Shown: piece by piece, positions 46,917-56,390 of the stretch
Layout: each line of letters starts with the position of its first letter
Numbering within the stretch: position 1 is the first letter of the stretch
NCBI GenBank assembly: GCA_963668175.1
Contig: OY764159.1
Coordinates: forward strand, 3,845,652 to 3,909,651
DNA from: Syntrophales bacterium
GTDB taxonomy: Bacteria > Desulfobacterota > Syntrophia > Syntrophales > PHBD01
Reading direction: 5' to 3'
DNA length: 64,000 bases
Translations under genes and position numbers: made by a program
The notes under the pieces: generated by a model
What the model saw: the letters and a program-made list of their open reading frames with translations, nothing else
What the model was told of the DNA's origin: nothing
Databases searched by the model: none

Positions 46917-49766
46917 ATGAATGCCATAAGAGTCAAAGGCGCGGCGCAGCATAATCTGAAACACGTCAGTATCGACATCCCCCGAGATCAACTTGTCGTT
47001 ATCACCGGTGTGAGCGGTTCAGGTAAGTCCTCTCTTGCTTTCGACACGATCTATGCGGAAGGACAGAGGCGGTACGTGGAATCGCTTTCGTCCTACGCAC
47101 GGCAGTTCATCGGTCAGATGGACAAGCCCGACGTGGAATCGATAGAAGGGCTCTCGCCGGCCATCGCCATCGAACAGAGAACGGCCAGCCAGAATCCGCG
47201 ATCCACCGTGGGAACGATTACCGAAATCTATGACTATCTGCGCCTTCTATTCGCCCGTATCGGGACACCCCATTGCTACCAGTGCGGCAGGGAAATAAAA
47301 TCGCAGACTATAGACATGATGCTGGAGGCCGTGCTCGCCTATCCGGAAAGGACGAAGATCACGCTCCTGGCGCCGGTCGTGCGCGGCAAAAAGGGTGAGT
47401 TTCAGAAAGAATTCAAAAAATTGCTGAAAGAAGGTTATCTGAGGGTCCGCATCGACGGAGAAACCCGGGAACTCACCGACGAGATCACACTGGATAAAAA
47501 CAAACGGCACGATATCGATGTCGTCGTGGACCGCATCATGATGAAAGACGGTATCCGCAAGCGCCTCCGGGATTCACTCGAACTGGCTTCCGGACTATCC
47601 GACGGCCTGGTCCGGATCATAACCGCCGATGGAGAAGAAACGCTTTTCAGCGAAAAATACGCCTGTCCGGATTGCGGTATTGGCATTTCCGAACTGGCGC
47701 CGCGGATGTTCTCCTTCAACAGTCCTTACGGGGCCTGTCCCGAATGCGGGGGACTGGGCACCAAGATGTACTTCGATGAGGAACTGGTTGTGCCAGACAG
47801 GTCCGTCTCCATCAGGGAAGGAGCCATTCTCCCCTGGGCCGGCCGTCATTCCGTTTATTTTCATCAGATTCTCGATGCCATCGCCCAACATTATCGTTTC
47901 GACATCAATACCCCTTTCAACCAGTTGCCGGAAGACGTCCAGAATGTCCTCCTTTACGGCTCCGGAACGGAGAAAATCAAATTTTACATGGATCGCAGCG
48001 GACGGCGATATTTCTATTCGCGCCCGTTCGAAGGCATCCTGAACCAATTGGACCGGCGTTACCGGGAAACGACATCCAATGCCGTCCGGATGGATCTCTC
48101 CCGCTATATCAACCAGCGGGAATGTCCCACTTGCCTGGGGGCAAGGCTGAAGAAAGAAAGCCTTTCCGTGACCGTTGCCGGCAAGAATATCTATGAGGTC
48201 TGCTGCCTCTCCATCCGCGAATGTTGCAATTTCTTTCAATCTCTGCCCCTGACCCACCAGGAAGCGGTCATCTCCGAAAGGATTCTCAAAGAAATCAGGG
48301 AACGGCTCAGATTCCTCCTGGATGTCGGCATGGATTACCTGAGTCTGGAACGCTCATCAGGCACCCTGTCCGGAGGCGAAGGCCAGAGGATCAGGCTGGC
48401 TACCCAGATAGGATCGGGCCTGGTCGGCGTCCTCTACGTCCTGGACGAGCCTACTGTCGGCCTGCACCAGCGGGACAACGAACGCCTGATTAAAACCCTG
48501 AAGCGCCTGAAGGACATGGGGAATACCGTACTCGTCGTCGAGCACGATGCGGACATGATTCTGGCCTCCGACCAGGTCATCGATATAGGCCCCGGCGCGG
48601 GCCAGGACGGCGGCGAAGTCGTCTTCCAGGGAACGCCGGAAGAAATTTACCGGAGCGAGCGCTCCCTGACGGGCCTTTATCTGTCCGGCAAGAGATCCAT
48701 CCCGGTCCCAGAAAAGAGGCGTCCCCTGCCGAAACGCCACATCGTCATCGAAGGCGCCCATGAACACAATCTCAAGCATATCGATATCCGCATCCCCGTC
48801 GGTGTTTTCACCGCGGTGACCGGCGTCTCCGGGTCGGGCAAGAGTACGATGATTATCGAAACCCTTTTCAAAGCCCTCTCCAAGAAAATCTATCATTTAA
48901 AAGGAGGATTCGGGAAGATCAAAAGGATCGCCGACACGGGCGATATCGAACGGATCATCATGATCAACCAGCAACCGATCGGCCGCACGCCCCGGTCAAA
49001 TCCCGTCACCTACACGGGGGCCTTTTCCCATATCCGCGACCTTTTTACGGGGCTCCCCGAGTCCCGGCTCCGGGGATACAAGCCCGGACGATTCAGTTTC
49101 AACGTCAAAGGCGGACGTTGCGAAGCATGCCAGGGAAACGGCCTGATCAAGATCGAGATGCATTTCCTTCCCGATGTCTATGTGACCTGCGACGTCTGCC
49201 GGGGGAAACGGTTCAACCACGACACCCTCGACATCCGCTACAAGGACAAGAATATCGCCGAGGTGCTCGATATGACGGTAGACCAGGCCCTCTCCTTTTT
49301 TGAAAACATCCCGGCCATCCGTTCCAAACTGAAGCTCCTCACGGACGTGGGACTCGGGTATATCAGGCTGGGACAATCCGCCACTACCCTGTCCGGAGGA
49401 GAGGCCCAGCGCATCAAGCTGTCCCGCGAACTGGGCAAGCGTACCAACAGCAACACGCTCTACATCCTTGACGAACCCACCATCGGACTCCATTTCGCCG
49501 ATATCCAGAAGCTCTTGGAAGTCCTCATGAGGCTGGTCGACATGGGGAATACCATGGTGGTCATCGAACACAACCTCGATATCATAAAATCCGCCGATTT
49601 CATTATTGATTTGGGTCCGGAAGGGGGACCGGGGGGCGGAGAAATCGTCACATCCGGAACACCCGAGGAGGTTGCCGATTCGGAAATATCCCTGACCGGG
49701 AGCTTCTTAAAAAAAATCCTCGAGGATTCCAGACCTGCGGCCGTCACGAAGCAAGCTCATTCCTGA
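46917..49766 (+). CDS. uvrA: excinuclease ABC subunit A
   Basis: 949 aa with two ABC ATPase modules (GVSGSGKSSLAF, GVSGSGKSTMI; LSGGE signatures) and zinc-finger Cys clusters. Confidence 0.97.
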   Translation: MNAIRVKGAAQHNLKHVSIDIPRDQLVVITGVSGSGKSSLAFDTIYAEGQRRYVESLSSYARQFIGQMDKPDVESIEGLSPAIAIEQRTASQNPRSTVGTITEIYDYLRLLFARIGTPHCYQCGREIKSQTIDMMLEAVLAYPERTKITLLAPVVRGKKGEFQKEFKKLLKEGYLRVRIDGETRELTDEITLDKNKRHDIDVVVDRIMMKDGIRKRLRDSLELASGLSDGLVRIITADGEETLFSEKYACPDCGIGISELAPRMFSFNSPYGACPECGGLGTKMYFDEELVVPDRSVSIREGAILPWAGRHSVYFHQILDAIAQHYRFDINTPFNQLPEDVQNVLLYGSGTEKIKFYMDRSGRRYFYSRPFEGILNQLDRRYRETTSNAVRMDLSRYINQRECPTCLGARLKKESLSVTVAGKNIYEVCCLSIRECCNFFQSLPLTHQEAVISERILKEIRERLRFLLDVGMDYLSLERSSGTLSGGEGQRIRLATQIGSGLVGVLYVLDEPTVGLHQRDNERLIKTLKRLKDMGNTVLVVEHDADMILASDQVIDIGPGAGQDGGEVVFQGTPEEIYRSERSLTGLYLSGKRSIPVPEKRRPLPKRHIVIEGAHEHNLKHIDIRIPVGVFTAVTGVSGSGKSTMIIETLFKALSKKIYHLKGGFGKIKRIADTGDIERIIMINQQPIGRTPRSNPVTYTGAFSHIRDLFTGLPESRLRGYKPGRFSFNVKGGRCEACQGNGLIKIEMHFLPDVYVTCDVCRGKRFNHDTLDIRYKDKNIAEVLDMTVDQALSFFENIPAIRSKLKLLTDVGLGYIRLGQSATTLSGGEAQRIKLSRELGKRTNSNTLYILDEPTIGLHFADIQKLLEVLMRLVDMGNTMVVIEHNLDIIKSADFIIDLGPEGGPGGGEIVTSGTPEEVADSEISLTGSFLKKILEDSRPAAVTKQAHS

Positions 49767-50209
49767 TGCCTCTGGTAAATCCTTCCGCAATCGCGGACGA
49801 TTTTACCCCGTCAAGTCACAGCACCCCGACACGGTCATTCACGGCATGACGGTGGCCCGCCAGGATCTGACCCGCCCTGCCCTGTAATGGTCAACTTCCG
49901 TATCACGCTGCTTCGGCCATCGCCAAAATTATGACGCTTTTTGGAACACATGGTTCTCGGAACCCATATGCATATTCTGGCGGCGTTATGACTTTATTTA
50001 AGCGCCGACTATAGACTTTATCTAATAAAAATGCGATACTCCCACGTAATGATCGTTATAATGGTGCATGATTCGACTCAGACGGCGCGTTCACGCCGCC
50101 ACCCAAGGACTGGCGGAGACGAGCGGTGCCTTTAACCGAATTTTTTATTCATTATTTTAGGATATCCTGCCGATAGAAAGGGTAAGGTCACGCGACAGGC
50201 CGAGGGATA

Positions 50210-50243
50210 TTCGATAAAAGAAACGACGTCTTCTGTTTTCGAA
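50210..50243. repeat. imperfect inverted repeat TTCGATAAAAGAA-N8-TTCTGTTTTCGAA
   Basis: Read directly. The arms pair at 11 of 13 positions, and the repeat lies 15 nt upstream of the sigma-54-like element. Confidence 0.35.
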
Positions 50244-50257
50244 GATACGATGAATAA

Positions 50258-50273
50258 TGGCATGTCTCGTGCA
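50258..50273 (+). promoter_or_regulatory. sigma-54 (-24/-12)-type promoter candidate upstream of the sugar operon
   Basis: Reads TGGCATGTCTCGTGCA against the consensus TGGCACG-N4-TTGCW. GG and GC are at the correct spacing with two other mismatches. It lies about 190 nt upstream of the first operon gene. Confidence 0.4.
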
Positions 50274-50464
50274 TTATTCACGATCGTTTCATGCAATATT
50301 TTGATTTTTCAGAAGAGTACACAAGACTGCATGGAAGGTCGTCATCTCCAGGGGCCATGATGGGTAAACGACGGGGCGGAGCTGTGCCCGGAACCGGATA
50401 TCCATCCGGTTACGAGGATAGATGATGCGAACAAGGATATAATGGACACTTCAGGTTTCCCGAT

Positions 50465-51475
50465 ATGAACGCACTTATTACGGGCATCACAGGCATGGTC
50501 GGTTCTCATCTTGCCGATTTCCTTCTGGAAAATACGGACTGGACTATCTACGGCATGTGCCGCTGGCGAAGTCCGTTGGACAACGTCGAGCACCTCACCG
50601 ACCGGGCCAACCGCAAGGAGCGGATATTCTTCATCTTCGGTGATTTGTGCGATTATGTCTCCCTGGAAAACGCCGTCGAGGAATCGCGTCCCGACTATGT
50701 CTTTCACCTGGCCGCTCAGAGTTACCCCAAAACCAGCTTCACGTCACCCCTGCAAACCCTCGATACGAATATCCTGGGGACGGAGCGTCTTCTTGAATCA
50801 TTGAGAAGATGTCCCGGCATCGATCCGCTCATCCACGTCTGTTCGTCCTCGGAAGTCTTCGGCCGGGTCCCCCGCGAAAACCTGCCGATTGCGGAAGAAT
50901 GCGCTTTTCATCCTGCGTCCCCCTATGCCATCTCCAAAGCGGGCACCGACCTCCTGGGCAGATTCCACGCTGAAGCATACGGTCAGAAGGTCCTGGTCAC
51001 GCGCATGTTCACCCATACGGGGCCGCGTCGGGGCGACGTCTTCGCCGAATCCACCTTTGCCAAACAGATTGCCATGATTGAAAAAGGATTGATTCCACCT
51101 GTCGTCAAAACAGGCAATCTCAATTCCCTGCGCACCTGGTCCGACGTGCGGGATGCTGTTAGGGCTTACTACATGCTGCTGACCGTCGACCCCGTTCCGG
51201 GGTCTTATTTTAATATCGGAGGGACGTTCTCCTGCACAGTAGGCGACATGCTCGACCATCTCGTTTCCATATCCGCCTGTAAGGACAAAATCAAGGTGGA
51301 GACGGAAGACGCGAGGCTGCGACCCCTCGATGCCGACCTGCAGGTGCCGGATACCGCCAAATTTCAGACGCACACCGGCTGGAAACCGGAAATCCCTTTT
51401 GAAAAGACCATGCAGGATCTCCTCGACTACTGGAGAGACCGTGTCTCCAAAGGAAAGGGTTTCCTGACCAGGTAG
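50465..51475 (+). CDS. GDP-sugar 4,6-dehydratase/reductase-family SDR (Gmd/Rmd-like)
   Basis: 336 aa with the cofactor motif ITGITGMVGSHL and the catalytic SSSEVFG plus YAISK (Ser/Thr-Glu ... Tyr-x3-Lys). Extended SDR fold. Confidence 0.8.
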   Translation: MNALITGITGMVGSHLADFLLENTDWTIYGMCRWRSPLDNVEHLTDRANRKERIFFIFGDLCDYVSLENAVEESRPDYVFHLAAQSYPKTSFTSPLQTLDTNILGTERLLESLRRCPGIDPLIHVCSSSEVFGRVPRENLPIAEECAFHPASPYAISKAGTDLLGRFHAEAYGQKVLVTRMFTHTGPRRGDVFAESTFAKQIAMIEKGLIPPVVKTGNLNSLRTWSDVRDAVRAYYMLLTVDPVPGSYFNIGGTFSCTVGDMLDHLVSISACKDKIKVETEDARLRPLDADLQVPDTAKFQTHTGWKPEIPFEKTMQDLLDYWRDRVSKGKGFLTR

Positions 51476-51498
51476 ACTCTCCGGCGGCTTCGATATCC

Positions 51499-52446
51499 AT
51501 GAATAAAGATGCAAAAATCTTCGTAGCCGGACACAGGGGCCTGGTCGGCTCGGCCGTAACAAGGGAGTTGATCCGGGAGGGATATAACCATCTGTGCCTT
51601 CGAGCCCATGAAGAACTCGATCTGACCAGTCAGCAGGCGGTGGACGATTTCTTTACCGCCGAAAGGCCCGAATACGTTTTCCTATGCGCGGCCAAGGTGG
51701 GCGGGATCCTGGCCAACAGCACCTATCCGGCCCAGTTCATTTACGAAAATATCATGATCGGCGCGAACATCATCCATGCAAGCCATAAAAGCGGCGTCAA
51801 GAAACTCCTCAACCTGGGATCGTCCTGCATCTATCCCAAAGACGCCGCCCAGCCCCTCAAGGAAGACGATTTGCTGACCGGCAAGCTGGAGCCAACCAAC
51901 GAGCCTTACGCCGTCGCCAAGATCGCCGCCATCATCCTCTGCCGTTCCTATAACAGACAGTACGGCACCAATTTTGTATCAGCCATGCCGGCGAATCTCT
52001 ATGGCCCGCATGACAATTTCAACCTGGAAACGGCGCACGTTTTGCCCTCCCTGCTGCGGAAGTTCCACGAAGCCAAGGTTGCGGCAAGCTCCTCTGTTGA
52101 AATATGGGGATCGGGCAGCCCCGTCCGCGAATTCCTTTACGTTGAAGACCTGGCACGGGCTCTGTTGCATATCATGCGGCACCACGATGCGGATGACATC
52201 GGCGATTTCATCAATATAGGCACGGGGCGCGGCATCACGATCAAGGCGTTGGGTGAGATGATAGCCGGTATTGTCGGCTTTGCGGGCGATATCCGTTTCA
52301 ACACCGGCAAGCCGGACGGTATGGCCGAAAAGATTCTCGACACGGGGCGGATGAGCGAGCTGGGCTGGAAAGCATCGACAAGCCTGGAAGAAGGGATCAG
52401 GATGACCTACCGGTGGTATCTTGACGAACGTCCCCGCATAATCTGA
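51499..52446 (+). CDS. fcl: GDP-L-fucose synthase (GDP-4-keto-6-deoxy-D-mannose 3,5-epimerase/4-reductase)
   Basis: 315 aa, near-collinear with E. coli Fcl motifs recalled from memory: IFVAGHRGLVGSA, AAKVGGI.AN.TYPA.FIYEN, LGSSCIYPK, EPTNEPYA.AKIA, YNRQYG, MP.NLYGPHDNF. Confidence 0.92.
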   Translation: MNKDAKIFVAGHRGLVGSAVTRELIREGYNHLCLRAHEELDLTSQQAVDDFFTAERPEYVFLCAAKVGGILANSTYPAQFIYENIMIGANIIHASHKSGVKKLLNLGSSCIYPKDAAQPLKEDDLLTGKLEPTNEPYAVAKIAAIILCRSYNRQYGTNFVSAMPANLYGPHDNFNLETAHVLPSLLRKFHEAKVAASSSVEIWGSGSPVREFLYVEDLARALLHIMRHHDADDIGDFINIGTGRGITIKALGEMIAGIVGFAGDIRFNTGKPDGMAEKILDTGRMSELGWKASTSLEEGIRMTYRWYLDERPRII

Positions 52447-52455
52447 ATATCTATC

Positions 52456-53229
52456 TTGCAAAAAACAGCGAGCGAGACGATAGCGAACGCATCAGATAAC
52501 AACAGCCTCGCCGGGACCACATCCATCATTCTGGCGGGAGGGAAAGGGACACGACTCAGCGGTACCGTGAATGATCGCCCCAAGGTGCTGGCGGCGGTTA
52601 ACGGAAGGCCATTCCTGGTGTATCTCCTCGACCAGTTGAAAGCCGCCGACGTCCGGTGTGTCGTTTTGTGCACGGGTTACATGGGTGACATGGTCCGCGA
52701 ATCCTTCGGCAGAGATTATGACGGGATGGCGCTTGCCTATTCCCACGAGACCGTCCCTCTGGGGACGGGCGGAGCCCTCCGTCTGGCGTTGCCATTGCTT
52801 AACTCGGACCCTGTCCTCGTCATGAACGGCGATTCTTACTGTCAGCTCGATCTGGAGACATTCTTCGTCTGGCGTCGCGAACAGCATATGCCGAACGCTA
52901 TGGTATTGACGTTTCTTGACGATGTCGCCCGTTTCGGCAGCGTCGAAATGGACGGCCGGAATCGAATCACCCGTTTTCGTGAAAAGACGCAAAAAAGGTC
53001 CCCCGGATTCATCAATGCGGGCGTCTATCTGCTTACCAGAGAATCAATCGCGCGTATTCCGTCGGACCGGCCGGTTTCCCTGGAACGAGATATCTTTCCA
53101 ACCCTAATCGAGGAAGGTATCACCGGCTTTCAAAGCCGGGGCCGGTTTATCGACATCGGGACCCCCGATTCCTATCGGGAAGCGGAAACATTCTTTGCCG
53201 ATCCGGGCGTTGGGCGGAATCGCCATTGA
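52456..53229 (+). CDS. sugar-1-phosphate nucleotidyltransferase (HddC/ManC-like)
   Basis: 257 aa with the motif IILAGGKGTRL...DRPKVLAAVNGRPFL. The start is uncertain, because TTG at 52456 is the only in-frame start candidate after the fcl stop. Confidence 0.8.
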   Translation: MQKTASETIANASDNNSLAGTTSIILAGGKGTRLSGTVNDRPKVLAAVNGRPFLVYLLDQLKAADVRCVVLCTGYMGDMVRESFGRDYDGMALAYSHETVPLGTGGALRLALPLLNSDPVLVMNGDSYCQLDLETFFVWRREQHMPNAMVLTFLDDVARFGSVEMDGRNRITRFREKTQKRSPGFINAGVYLLTRESIARIPSDRPVSLERDIFPTLIEEGITGFQSRGRFIDIGTPDSYREAETFFADPGVGRNRH

Positions 53230-53283
53230 TCGTGCGTCAAGTGGAATGAACGGATATCATCCCTTTTCGAGGAGAAAAACCCC

Positions 53284-54279
53284 ATGGTCATAAGCAAGAC
53301 ACCCTACCGGATCTCCTTTTTCGGCGGCGGAACCGACTATCCGCAGTGGTACTCGAAGCACGGCGGGACAGTCCTTTCCACGACCATCGATAAATACTGC
53401 TATATCACGTGCCGCGTGTTGCCGCCTTTTTTCGCCCACCGCTACCTGATCGTATGGTCACACATCGAAGCCGTATCCACGTTATCCGAGATACTCCACC
53501 CGGCCGTGCGGGAAGGGCTGAAATATCTTGGCGTAAACGGCGAATCGGGACTGGAGATCCATCACCAGGGCGATCTTCCGGCCAGGGCAGGCATGGGTTC
53601 CAGTTCGTCCTTTTCCGTCGGATTGATCAAGGCCGTCATGGCCCACCAGGGCAAGATGATCGGCAGACACGATCTGGCGTTGAAGGCGATCGATCTGGAG
53701 CAGAACATCCTGAAGGAGAATGTCGGATCTCAAGACCAGGTGGCGGCGGCCTACGGCGGTTTTAACCATATCTCCTTTTTCCCAAACGGCGAGATCCGTG
53801 TCGAGCCCGTCATCATGGATTCCGAACGTCTCGCGGCTTTAGAATCGAGTATGATGCTCATCTACACGGGTACCAGCCGCCTTTCCTCCGAAGTGGCCGG
53901 CGCCGTGATCGCCAATCTTGATAAAAAACAGGATGAGATGAAGCAGATGAGCCGCATGGTCGATCAGGGCCTCGCCATCTTGAACGGCCAGGGCAGCCTG
54001 GATGACTTTGGGTATCTGATGCACGAAAACTGGCTCTTGAAGCAATCGGTCAACGAAAACACCTCCAACGACGTCGTCAACAGGATCTACGATAGTGCCC
54101 TTAAACACGGAGCCCTTGGCGGCAAACTTCTCGGCGCGGGCGCCTCGGGTTTCATGGTCTTCTATGTTCCCCCCGAAAAGCAGACGGCCGTGCGCGCGGC
54201 ATTGGGCGGATATCTCCATGTCCCCTTCAAGTTCGAGCACGAAGGCAGCTCGATTGTCTATTATACGACGCGAATCTGA
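53284..54279 (+). CDS. GHMP-family sugar kinase (heptose-7-P/fucose kinase-like)
   Basis: 331 aa with the N-terminus KTPYRISFFGGGTDYPQWY, GHMP motif II PARAGMGSSSSF and motif III GGKLLGAGASGF. Confidence 0.85.
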   Translation: MVISKTPYRISFFGGGTDYPQWYSKHGGTVLSTTIDKYCYITCRVLPPFFAHRYLIVWSHIEAVSTLSEILHPAVREGLKYLGVNGESGLEIHHQGDLPARAGMGSSSSFSVGLIKAVMAHQGKMIGRHDLALKAIDLEQNILKENVGSQDQVAAAYGGFNHISFFPNGEIRVEPVIMDSERLAALESSMMLIYTGTSRLSSEVAGAVIANLDKKQDEMKQMSRMVDQGLAILNGQGSLDDFGYLMHENWLLKQSVNENTSNDVVNRIYDSALKHGALGGKLLGAGASGFMVFYVPPEKQTAVRAALGGYLHVPFKFEHEGSSIVYYTTRI

Positions 54280-54293
54280 AGGCGGAGAATTTT

Positions 54294-55739
54294 ATGATGC
54301 ATGACATCAATCCCATAAAACAAGATTTGACCGGTCTGGATATGCTGTTGATCAATCCCAGTACCGACTTTGAAGCTGAAATATTGCAGAAAAGAACGAT
54401 GCGGATCGAGAAGGACGTCCCGAATCAGGAAACACCGCCGTCCAATATCGGCTATCTTATGGCTGCCGCAAAAAAAGAAGGTTTGAAAGTAAAATTCGTA
54501 GATATGGTTGTGGATAGCGTCAGCGTAGATGAGCTATTGCGTTTCGTCGCCGATCTCAAGCCGTCATTGGTCGGGTTCAGTGCCTTTACCAAACAGATTT
54601 GCGCGGCAGGACAGATCGCTGCCCAAATAAAGCAGGCGGCTCCCTCGGTCATGACGTGTGTCGGTGGCTGCCACGCCATCGCCATGCCGAAAGCGACCCT
54701 CGAGGAGTTTCCCGGCATCGATTTTGTCTTTGCCGGAGAGGCGGAAACGCAGTTGCCCCACATTTTCAACTGCCTTCAGAAGCCCCGCGAGTTGGTCAAA
54801 CTGCACGGTGTCGTAACCAGGGACACAGCGGATTTTTCACCTTTGTACATCGACGATTTGGATAACCTGCCTTTTCCCGCCTGGGAGGATTTCGATCTAA
54901 CCAGGTACCCCGGGAATTTGCCTCATCGGACAAACCGGGAACTACCCATGATTACAACCAGAGGCTGCCCCTATAAGTGCTCCTTTTGCTGTCGCTCCAA
55001 CGGGGATAGAATCCGCTATCGAAGCGTTAACTCGGTGATTTCCGAGATCAAGAGGAATATCGAGGATTTCGGGTGCGAAGCCATCGTCTTCAACGACGAA
55101 AATTTCATTCTCGATAAGAAGCGGACGGACTATCTCTTCTCCGAATTCAAGAGGCAGGGCATCAACCGGAAGATTAAATGGGGATGCAGCATGCGTGTCG
55201 ATAACGCAACCCCGGCGTTGATGCAGAAGATGAAGGAGGCCGGCTGCTTTTACGTCTTCTTCGGCTTTGAAAGCGCCAACGACGATACGCTTATACGCAT
55301 TCAGAAGAGAACGGCCGTCGCTCAGATGCTCCAGGCGGTGAATGCGGCCAAACGCGCCGGAATTGTTCCGGTCGGATCTTTCATCATCGGCCTCCCCGGC
55401 GACACAAAGGAAGATATCTACAAGGCCATAGCATTGGGCAAGGAATTGGACCTCTACTCGATCACTTTCCCGATCGCCGTTCCCTATCCCGGGACAGCCT
55501 TGCGGGAACAAGCCTTGAAGCACATGTACGGCATGAGAGTTCTATCCAACAACTGGGAATACTACGGAAGAAAAGCGGTTAATTCCAAGGAAGATTTTGA
55601 AATTCTGGAAAGCGACGACATGCCCGCCAAGATGCGAAAGGAGTTGCAGGATCTCGCCTACGCCACGCATCCGAAGAAGATATTTGATGAATACGTGAAG
55701 CGATTGAACGAATGGCGGTCAAGCCAAGGCCTGCCGTAA
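54294..55739 (+). CDS. cobalamin (B12)-binding-domain radical SAM enzyme, copy 1
   Basis: 481 aa with an N-terminal Rossmann-like B12-binding region (LLINPS...VGFSAFT...GGCHA) and the radical SAM cluster motif GCPYKCSFC. Confidence 0.85.
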   Translation: MMHDINPIKQDLTGLDMLLINPSTDFEAEILQKRTMRIEKDVPNQETPPSNIGYLMAAAKKEGLKVKFVDMVVDSVSVDELLRFVADLKPSLVGFSAFTKQICAAGQIAAQIKQAAPSVMTCVGGCHAIAMPKATLEEFPGIDFVFAGEAETQLPHIFNCLQKPRELVKLHGVVTRDTADFSPLYIDDLDNLPFPAWEDFDLTRYPGNLPHRTNRELPMITTRGCPYKCSFCCRSNGDRIRYRSVNSVISEIKRNIEDFGCEAIVFNDENFILDKKRTDYLFSEFKRQGINRKIKWGCSMRVDNATPALMQKMKEAGCFYVFFGFESANDDTLIRIQKRTAVAQMLQAVNAAKRAGIVPVGSFIIGLPGDTKEDIYKAIALGKELDLYSITFPIAVPYPGTALREQALKHMYGMRVLSNNWEYYGRKAVNSKEDFEILESDDMPAKMRKELQDLAYATHPKKIFDEYVKRLNEWRSSQGLP

Positions 55740-55862
55740 AGGCAACGTTGTGGCTTTGCGTGCGGCGTTTTCCGACGCAAATCGCAACGAACGATACCGG
55801 CCTCCCGTAAGAACGACGGCCGAATCACACCTCTTGAATCTTTTTTCGAAGGAGCGCGTAAC

Positions 55863-56384
55863 ATGCAGAAGCGTGCCGTTATCATAACCGCCCAGGGTTT
55901 TCAGGATGAGGAATTCGTCTATCCCTACTATCGCCTCCTGGAGGCAGGCTTCACGGTGGACGTGGCTACCAAAGACAAGGCGGCCGTGACAGGCAAGTTC
56001 GGCGTGCCGGCCCGGCCGACGATCGGCACGGATGATATTAAAAGTGAGAATTACGATCTCGTTCTTCTTCCCGGCGGCTTCGAGGCGCCTGATCGGCTGC
56101 GCATCCTGCCGGAAGTTCTTGCCTTTATCAGAGATATGGATAAGCAAAAAAAGCTGGTCGCTGCCATCTGCCACGGCCCGTGGGTATTGATTTCGGCGGG
56201 GATCACCAGGGGCCGCAAGATGACCGGCTACTGGAGCATAGAGGCCGATCTTCGCAATTCCGGGGCGGATTACCGACACAAAGCGCCGGTGGTCGTCGAC
56301 GGCAATCTGATCACCTCGCCTCACTACAACAATAATGGCGATTTCATGAAGGCCGTGATCGCCTATTTCGAACAGAGTAAATAA
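55863..56384 (+). CDS. DJ-1/PfpI-family protein
   Basis: 173 aa with the nucleophile elbow AAICHGPWVL and LLPGG. Confidence 0.85.
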   Translation: MQKRAVIITAQGFQDEEFVYPYYRLLEAGFTVDVATKDKAAVTGKFGVPARPTIGTDDIKSENYDLVLLPGGFEAPDRLRILPEVLAFIRDMDKQKKLVAAICHGPWVLISAGITRGRKMTGYWSIEADLRNSGADYRHKAPVVVDGNLITSPHYNNNGDFMKAVIAYFEQSK

Positions 56385-56390
56385 CTGTCC

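Noticed and set aside
49784-49804. Terminator after uvrA (TCCGC-AATC-GCGGA followed by CGATTTT)
   Set aside because: The stem is only 5 bp and the T-tract is interrupted, which is too weak to call.
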